IMG/VR virus record: IMGVR_UViG_3300010354_000086
Coordinates: 1 to 63,767 of that record
Direction: 5' to 3' (one strand)
Length of the DNA: 63,767 nt
From: a virus
Taxonomy: Duplodnaviria > Caudoviricetes
Shown here: one piece after another, positions 58,393 through 63,767 of the stretch
How positions within the stretch are numbered: position 1 is the first letter of the stretch
Layout: each line of letters starts with the position of its first letter
Notes under the pieces: generated by a model
The model's input: the letters and a program-made list of their open reading frames with translations, nothing else
What the model was told of the DNA's origin: nothing
The model's database searches: none
Translations under genes and position numbers: made by a program

Positions 58393-59802
58393 ATGGACTA
58401 TAATTTAGATGTTCAAACTTTGTATCTTGAAATGGTACTAAGTGATGCTACCACATTCGTCCGATGCCAGGCTATCTGGGACAGTGAACTATTTGATACT
58501 AGGTTACGACCTGCTGCTAAATTTATTAACGAGTATGTTAGCAAGCACAATATTTTGCCTACATATGAAATAGTAAACTCGACAAACGATGTTAATCTTA
58601 GAAAACCAGAAAATCTTGAAGAAGCTCATTACGACTGGTTATTAGAAGAATTTGAAAAATTTACTAGACATAAGAGTTTAGAAAGAGCTATTATCGAAAG
58701 TGCTGATCTACTTGAAGAAGGCAACTACGGACCAGTAGAAGAAAAAATTAAGAAAGCAGTTCAAATCGGTCTACAAAAAGACATGGGAATAAACTACTTT
58801 GAAGATCCTAGAGCTAGACTAATGGGACTCAAAGACAAAAATGGACAAGTTAAAACTGGTTGGGAGACCTTTGATAAAAAATTGTTCGGTGGAATGAATC
58901 GAGGAGAACTTAATATATTTGCTGGTGGCTCGGGTGCAGGGAAAAGTTTATTTTTGGCAAATCTTGGACTAAATTGGGCGTTAGAAGGTCTAAATGTTGT
59001 ATACCTTACCTTAGAACTAAGTGAGCAACTAGTTGCTATGCGTATAGATTCTATGACAACTGGAATCTCGACTCGGGATATCTTTAAAGACCTTGACAAT
59101 GTAGAAATGAAAGTAAAAATGATTGGCAAGAAATCAGGACATTTTCAAATCAAGTACATGCCTAGTGGAAAAACTGTAAACGACATACGAAGTTATCTTA
59201 AAGAGCATGAAATCAAATTAGGGACAAAAGTTGATGTCCTTTTGGTAGATTATTTAGATTTGCTAATGCCGATTAGCCAAAAGATCTCTGCCGAAAATTT
59301 GTTTATTAAAGATAAGTTTGTTTCAGAAGAATTAAGAAACTTAGCTATGGAGCGAAAGATTATCCTAGTCACTGCTAGTCAGTTAAATCGTGCTAGTGTT
59401 GAAGAAGTTGAGTTTGATCATAGTCATATCTCAGGAGGGCTAAGTAAAATTCAGACCGCAGATAATGTAATAGGTATCTTTACTAGCCGAGCTATGAGAG
59501 AAAGAGGAAAGTATCAAATACAGCTAATGAAAACTAGATCTTCGAGTGGAGTTGGGCAAAAAATTGATTTAGACTTTAACATTGATACTCTAAGGATTAC
59601 AGATCCAGGAGAAGATGAAAGCTATAGTTCACAAGCTACAGCAAAAACATCTTCAATACTAGACGACATTAAGCGTAAAAGTCAAGTTGAAAAAATAGAC
59701 CCTGATACTGGAGAAATAACAGTCGAACAAAAAGTTAAGGCAACTTCAAATAATAAACTTCGAGAGTTTATTAATAATATGAACGCCAACTCGGACGACT
59801 AA
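58393..59802 (+). CDS. gp41: Replicative DnaB-like helicase, gp41-like
   Basis: GGSGAGKS, TLELSE, LVDYLDL, TASQLNR, AD, K.R. Confidence 0.93.
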   Translation: MDYNLDVQTLYLEMVLSDATTFVRCQAIWDSELFDTRLRPAAKFINEYVSKHNILPTYEIVNSTNDVNLRKPENLEEAHYDWLLEEFEKFTRHKSLERAIIESADLLEEGNYGPVEEKIKKAVQIGLQKDMGINYFEDPRARLMGLKDKNGQVKTGWETFDKKLFGGMNRGELNIFAGGSGAGKSLFLANLGLNWALEGLNVVYLTLELSEQLVAMRIDSMTTGISTRDIFKDLDNVEMKVKMIGKKSGHFQIKYMPSGKTVNDIRSYLKEHEIKLGTKVDVLLVDYLDLLMPISQKISAENLFIKDKFVSEELRNLAMERKIILVTASQLNRASVEEVEFDHSHISGGLSKIQTADNVIGIFTSRAMRERGKYQIQLMKTRSSSGVGQKIDLDFNIDTLRITDPGEDESYSSQATAKTSSILDDIKRKSQVEKIDPDTGEITVEQKVKATSNNKLREFINNMNANSDD

Positions 59803-60023
59803 TGAATAGTCGGCGGACTATATTCTTTGAAGCTGTTTATAGCATGTCGTAAAAGAACTTTAAATTCTTGAATTTCATTTCTGGATTCCATTCTAGTAGC
59901 AAGTACTCCTAGTAAAATTCCATCAATTAATTCTGAATCATGCCCTTGTTCCTCTAACTCACGACAGGTTTCTATAAAAAACTCATATACTTCGTCAGCA
60001 CTTTCGGTCTCTTCTTTTGACAT
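59799..60023 (-). CDS. Small acidic hypothetical protein
   Basis: 74 aa with SD GAGGA upstream on -; fills the gap. Confidence 0.6.
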   Translation of the reverse strand: MSKEETESADEVYEFFIETCRELEEQGHDSELIDGILLGVLATRMESRNEIQEFKVLLRHAINSFKEYSPPTIH

Positions 60024-60036
60024 ATGTTGTCCTCGC

Positions 60037-60047
60037 TAAATATTTAT
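60037..60047. promoter_or_regulatory. Overlapping divergent late promoters
   Basis: TAAATATTTAT: TAAATA on + (60037-60042) and ATAAATA on - (60041-60047), between divergent genes. Confidence 0.5.
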
Positions 60048-60067
60048 TCTTATTAGCAGGCAGAAAA

Positions 60068-61069
60068 ATGAAGATCTTTATTACTGGAGTAGCTGGGTTT
60101 TTAGGAAGTCATCTAGCTGATAGAATGCTAGACCTTGGACACTATGTAGTAGGCGTTGACAATCTTATCGGCGGATACTTATCTAATGTTGATGAAAGAG
60201 TAGAATTCTATCAAGTAGATTGTCTAGACCTTGACAATATGGTCACAGTCATGAAAGGTGCAGACATTGTCTATCATTGTGCTGCAACTGCTCATGAAGG
60301 GTTATCAGTTTTTAGTCCAAATTTTATTACTAAAAATATTTTTCAAGCTAGTGTTTCGACTATATCTGCTGCTATACAAAGTAAGGTAAGGAAATTTGTC
60401 TACTGTTCTAGTATGGCTAGATACGGAAATCAAGACTTTCCTTATAAAGAAACACAGGCTCCATCTCCTGTTGATCCTTATGCTATTGCCAAAGTTGCTG
60501 GGGAAGATGTACTTAAATCGCTAGCACCTATGAACCGTATGGACTGGATTGTCGCTGTACCTCATAATATTGTAGGACCAAGACAGAGATATGATGATCC
60601 ATTTCGGAATGTTATGAGCATAATGATTAATCGTGTACTACAAGGCAAGCCTCCGATTGTATATGGAAATGGATTACAGAAAAGGTGCTTTAGCTTTATT
60701 GATGATTGTATTTACTGCTTAGAAAAACTAGCGCTCGATCCTAATATCAAAAACGATACATTCAATATAGGACCGGATGAAGAGTTTGTTACTATTAAGT
60801 ATCTAGCTGAATTAATCATGCAAGAACTTAAGTTTCAAGGAGAAATTGAGTACCTACCAGAAAGGCCAAAAGAAATAAAATTTGCAACCTGCTCTGCTGA
60901 TAAAGCTAGGCAAGTACTTGGTTACCAAACGAGAACTAGTCTTATAGAAGGCGTTAGACAGACAATAGATTACATCAGACAACAAGGTCCTAGACCCTTT
61001 GACTATAGTTACCCGTTAGAAATAGTCAATGACCTAACTCCTAAAACATGGAGTAGGAGATTAATGTGA
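60068..61069 (+). CDS. NAD-dependent epimerase/dehydratase (extended SDR)
   Basis: ITGVAGFLGSH, DNL, H.AA, SS, PYAIAK (YxxxK), N.VGP, G.G.Q.R.F. Confidence 0.92.
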   Translation: MKIFITGVAGFLGSHLADRMLDLGHYVVGVDNLIGGYLSNVDERVEFYQVDCLDLDNMVTVMKGADIVYHCAATAHEGLSVFSPNFITKNIFQASVSTISAAIQSKVRKFVYCSSMARYGNQDFPYKETQAPSPVDPYAIAKVAGEDVLKSLAPMNRMDWIVAVPHNIVGPRQRYDDPFRNVMSIMINRVLQGKPPIVYGNGLQKRCFSFIDDCIYCLEKLALDPNIKNDTFNIGPDEEFVTIKYLAELIMQELKFQGEIEYLPERPKEIKFATCSADKARQVLGYQTRTSLIEGVRQTIDYIRQQGPRPFDYSYPLEIVNDLTPKTWSRRLM

Positions 61070-61779
61070 ACATTATCATAGACGGGTTTGTTTGCCCTGC
61101 CTGGGAAAGGGCCAAGAGAAGTAATTTTTTGTCTTCTGACTCTAGAGAAGTTTTTAATCAACGACAAAAAGAAGAGCCGCATGATTGGTACTACCTTACA
61201 CATCCTATAGAGTATCATATTAATAGGTATGGGCATAGATCTCCCAACCCGTTCACATTTGAAAAGCATAGCGATTACATACTAGTAACAGGGTGCTCAA
61301 TTACCGCAGGTATTGGGCTGGAATATAGCACAATGTGGGCAACAATAGTGTCTAAAAAGTTAAATCTCCCCTACTACAACCTTGCGTTAGGCGGGTCAGA
61401 TCAATATACTATGATGCATAATCTTATTAACTGGTTATGGAAGTATCCTAAGCCTAGATACTTAGTTATACAATGGCCAGACACTAACAGAATTCTTACA
61501 GGTTCATTATTAGAATTTCATAACGTTAATACTAGAAACCTAGATGTTAGAGATACTATGATAAAGATGGAAAGTATAGGAGCTCCTCAAATATATAGGA
61601 AAGTTAGTCAATCACTGTTTCGAGAAGACAATGATATGATAGTTACAGACCTCATATATAATCATACAGAATTTCTAATAGACAAAGCTAGAGACTATCA
61701 TCCGGGAATACTTAGTAATCAACTCATGGCTAAAGCAGTGTTAGCAGACATAGATAAATATACAAATGAGAGCTCGTGA
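61066..61779 (+). CDS. SGNH/GDSL-like protein (putative sugar acylation/deacylation)
   Basis: N.YG.R, GCS.T.G.G, YNLA.GG, ARD.HPG (DxHP) motifs. Confidence 0.6.
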   Translation: MNIIIDGFVCPAWERAKRSNFLSSDSREVFNQRQKEEPHDWYYLTHPIEYHINRYGHRSPNPFTFEKHSDYILVTGCSITAGIGLEYSTMWATIVSKKLNLPYYNLALGGSDQYTMMHNLINWLWKYPKPRYLVIQWPDTNRILTGSLLEFHNVNTRNLDVRDTMIKMESIGAPQIYRKVSQSLFREDNDMIVTDLIYNHTEFLIDKARDYHPGILSNQLMAKAVLADIDKYTNESS

Positions 61780-63304
61780 ATTTGTTAAAAAAGAAATGAT
61801 GGCACCTCCTAGCCGTCCTGAATATCGAGATGGGCAACACAGTCTTGACTTTGAAGATACAGTCACAGAGCTTAATCTAAATCAAACTCTAGATTTTATT
61901 AAACAAGCTCACGGAGATCAACTCTACGGAAAATTGCCCTATTGGCGTCATCCTCGTGCTGTAGCAATGACAGGTAAAAAGATCTTTGGTTCTAAATTTA
62001 CCAGCGATGCAGTAAAAGTTGCCTTCTTACATGATGTAGTAGAAGATACAGATATTGGACTCGATCAACTGGCTAAGCTGGACTTCAGTCCAGAAGTAAT
62101 TAAGGCTGTAGGATTACTGACCAAAGACAAATCTATAAACTATAACCAAAACATCGATCGTATTATTAATAGCGGTAGTATGCTGGCTATGATGGTCAAG
62201 TTTGCCGATAACTGGGAAAACTTTCATGGTGATAAGTCAGATTGGGATCCTAAACGAGCCAGCTCTAGCCAAAAGAAATATCTAGCTAGCTTGACTAGAC
62301 TAGGACAGGTTTTAGGAGTAGAACCTCCTACTACAGAAAACCTAATACCATATCCTAAGGGCACAGTAAAAGTAGATGTAGATGATGTCTATGACTGGTA
62401 TAAGCTAGGTCAAAATATAGCAGATCTTGACGATGCCGATCCTAAAGAATTCGGCAAAGGACCACCACAGACAGTGCTATCTTTTGGGTCAGAACCTATA
62501 GAACACAAGTATCTTAAACAGCTAAAACGCCTAAGGATGCCTACACACGATATTGACGAGGGATGGCGTGATTGGCTAGGCGGCGCCGCTATTGGAGCAG
62601 CAGTAGGTCTAGGCGGTGCGCATGGTACTGTTAAGGATATTACAAAGTCTCAGACCCAAATTCAGCAACCAGCAGAAAAACCATCAGCAGCACCTGTAAT
62701 GCAAAACGCTCAACCCGAAGTTAAACCTAGTGCTGTGCCTAAGAAATCTGTAACTGGTAGCCCTCACGAAAAGATTCTAACTAAGGCAGCTGTGGATGCA
62801 GGAATTACTGGACAAGAATTAGCAGCATTTCTAGCACAGACTGCTCACGAAACTGGTAACTTTGAATACATGAAAGAACTTGGCGGTCGCCTAGATTTCA
62901 AAAAATATGAACCAGTTTTTAAGAAAGACAAGCATAAGAAAATCATTATAGATCCCTCTACAGGAAAACCCAAGAACTTTAACGCCAAAGCAGCACGATT
63001 AGGTAATGATCAGCTAGGAGATGGTGTTCGCTATCGAGGTCGCGGTTATATACAGCTCACTGGAAAGTACAACTATCAAAAAGCGGGCCGAGCTCTGGGG
63101 CTCGATCTAGTTAACAAACCAGAATTAGTAGAACGACCAGAAATAGCAGCTAAGGTAGCTGTTTGGTTTTGGCAAAACAGAGTACAGCCCAAGGTCAACG
63201 ATTTTGACAATACTCGTGCTGTAACTAAGCCTATTAATTCAGGGTTAAAGGGTCTCGCAGACCGAGAAGAAAAATTCAAAAGCTTCAAAGTAGCTATGAA
63301 ATGA
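61766..63304 (+). CDS. Multi-module protein: RelA/SpoT-type HD hydrolase + unknown module + hydrophobic segment + GH19 muramidase
   Basis: AHGDQ..PY..HP..VA..FLHDVVEDT..LLTK..VKFADN; LAAFLAQTAHETG..YRGRGYIQLTGKYNY..AVWFW..IN.G..G..R; ATAAATA 5 nt upstream. Confidence 0.85.
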   Translation: MRAREFVKKEMMAPPSRPEYRDGQHSLDFEDTVTELNLNQTLDFIKQAHGDQLYGKLPYWRHPRAVAMTGKKIFGSKFTSDAVKVAFLHDVVEDTDIGLDQLAKLDFSPEVIKAVGLLTKDKSINYNQNIDRIINSGSMLAMMVKFADNWENFHGDKSDWDPKRASSSQKKYLASLTRLGQVLGVEPPTTENLIPYPKGTVKVDVDDVYDWYKLGQNIADLDDADPKEFGKGPPQTVLSFGSEPIEHKYLKQLKRLRMPTHDIDEGWRDWLGGAAIGAAVGLGGAHGTVKDITKSQTQIQQPAEKPSAAPVMQNAQPEVKPSAVPKKSVTGSPHEKILTKAAVDAGITGQELAAFLAQTAHETGNFEYMKELGGRLDFKKYEPVFKKDKHKKIIIDPSTGKPKNFNAKAARLGNDQLGDGVRYRGRGYIQLTGKYNYQKAGRALGLDLVNKPELVERPEIAAKVAVWFWQNRVQPKVNDFDNTRAVTKPINSGLKGLADREEKFKSFKVAMK

Positions 63305-63328
63305 TCTTAGAAGCCAGGAAAATATAGT

Positions 63329-63767
63329 ATGAGATTACGAGAAATAATTACAGAACTTTTCGACCCTAAATTGGCTGTTGATCTTGAATGGGCAGAGGGT
63401 AGTGACTATATTGCAGCCAGAGGTTATGTCACAGTGACAAATCCTGATGGCTTCGGTGGTGAATATGGCAACGAAGAAGAAGTTGAACTAGAAGTAGAAT
63501 TCGGGGAATTTCCACACAGAAATCGTAAAGAATACGAAGTTCAATTTAAAGTAGGCGAAAGTTATGATATAACGGGTGGTGGCAACGCTAATGTGATTTT
63601 TGCCACGGTTATACAGGCCTGTAAAGATTTCGTGGAAATGTATCACCCAGATCGATTATTCTTCACAGCAAAAGAGCAGTCCAGAGCAAGAATGTATGAT
63701 ACACTGGCTAAACGTGTGGCCAAGCAGGTAGGGTGGCACGTTATACCATTTGATGAAATACAAAAGG
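63329..63767 (+). CDS. Hypothetical protein with capsid-targeting-like N-terminus (3'-truncated)
   Basis: Open frame MRLREIITELFDPK..ITGGGNANVIFATV..SRARMY.. running off the window end. Confidence 0.7.
   Translation, partial: MRLREIITELFDPKLAVDLEWAEGSDYIAARGYVTVTNPDGFGGEYGNEEEVELEVEFGEFPHRNRKEYEVQFKVGESYDITGGGNANVIFATVIQACKDFVEMYHPDRLFFTAKEQSRARMYDTLAKRVAKQVGWHVIPFDEIQK

Noticed and set aside
34555-59802. Introns or inteins in terL, uvsX, uvsW, primase or helicase
   Set aside because: All have normal lengths with contiguous motifs and no splice-junction signatures.
1-63767. Stop-codon reassignment as in some large phages
   Set aside because: Core genes are full-length in the standard code, and TAA, TGA and TAG all terminate genes.

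Overview
The window is a 63.8-kb, AT-rich, densely coding segment of a large T4-related (jumbo-type) myovirus read in the standard genetic code. From left to right it holds the 3' end of the major capsid gene (gp23-like), a ~20-kb fibre/receptor-binding block (three giant repeat-rich proteins, three LamG lectins, one fibrinogen-like protein), neck, tail and packaging genes (gp15, gp14, gp13, gp18, gp19, gp4, gp17), recombination genes (gp32, uvsX, uvsY, uvsW), a large sugar-modification cluster, and replication genes (gp62-like, a 194-aa mini DnaE-like protein, primase, helicase) with a carbamoyltransferase between primase and helicase. The most interesting signals are: (1) a family of proteins with T4 capsid-targeting-like N-termini, including an apparent polyprotein joining a RelA/SpoT-type HD hydrolase, a module shared with a standalone gene and a GH19 muramidase through Glu-ending linkers, which suggests a modular head-packaged effector system; (2) a probable overprinted membrane-protein gene inside uvsW and a second candidate inside the mini-dnaE; (3) a switch-like structured RNA leader after the capsid gene; (4) many promoters only 4-7 nt from the start codon, implying leaderless mRNAs. 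All product calls come from motif recognition by eye; no database search was run. I saw no tRNA, rRNA, CRISPR array, integrase or reverse transcriptase.
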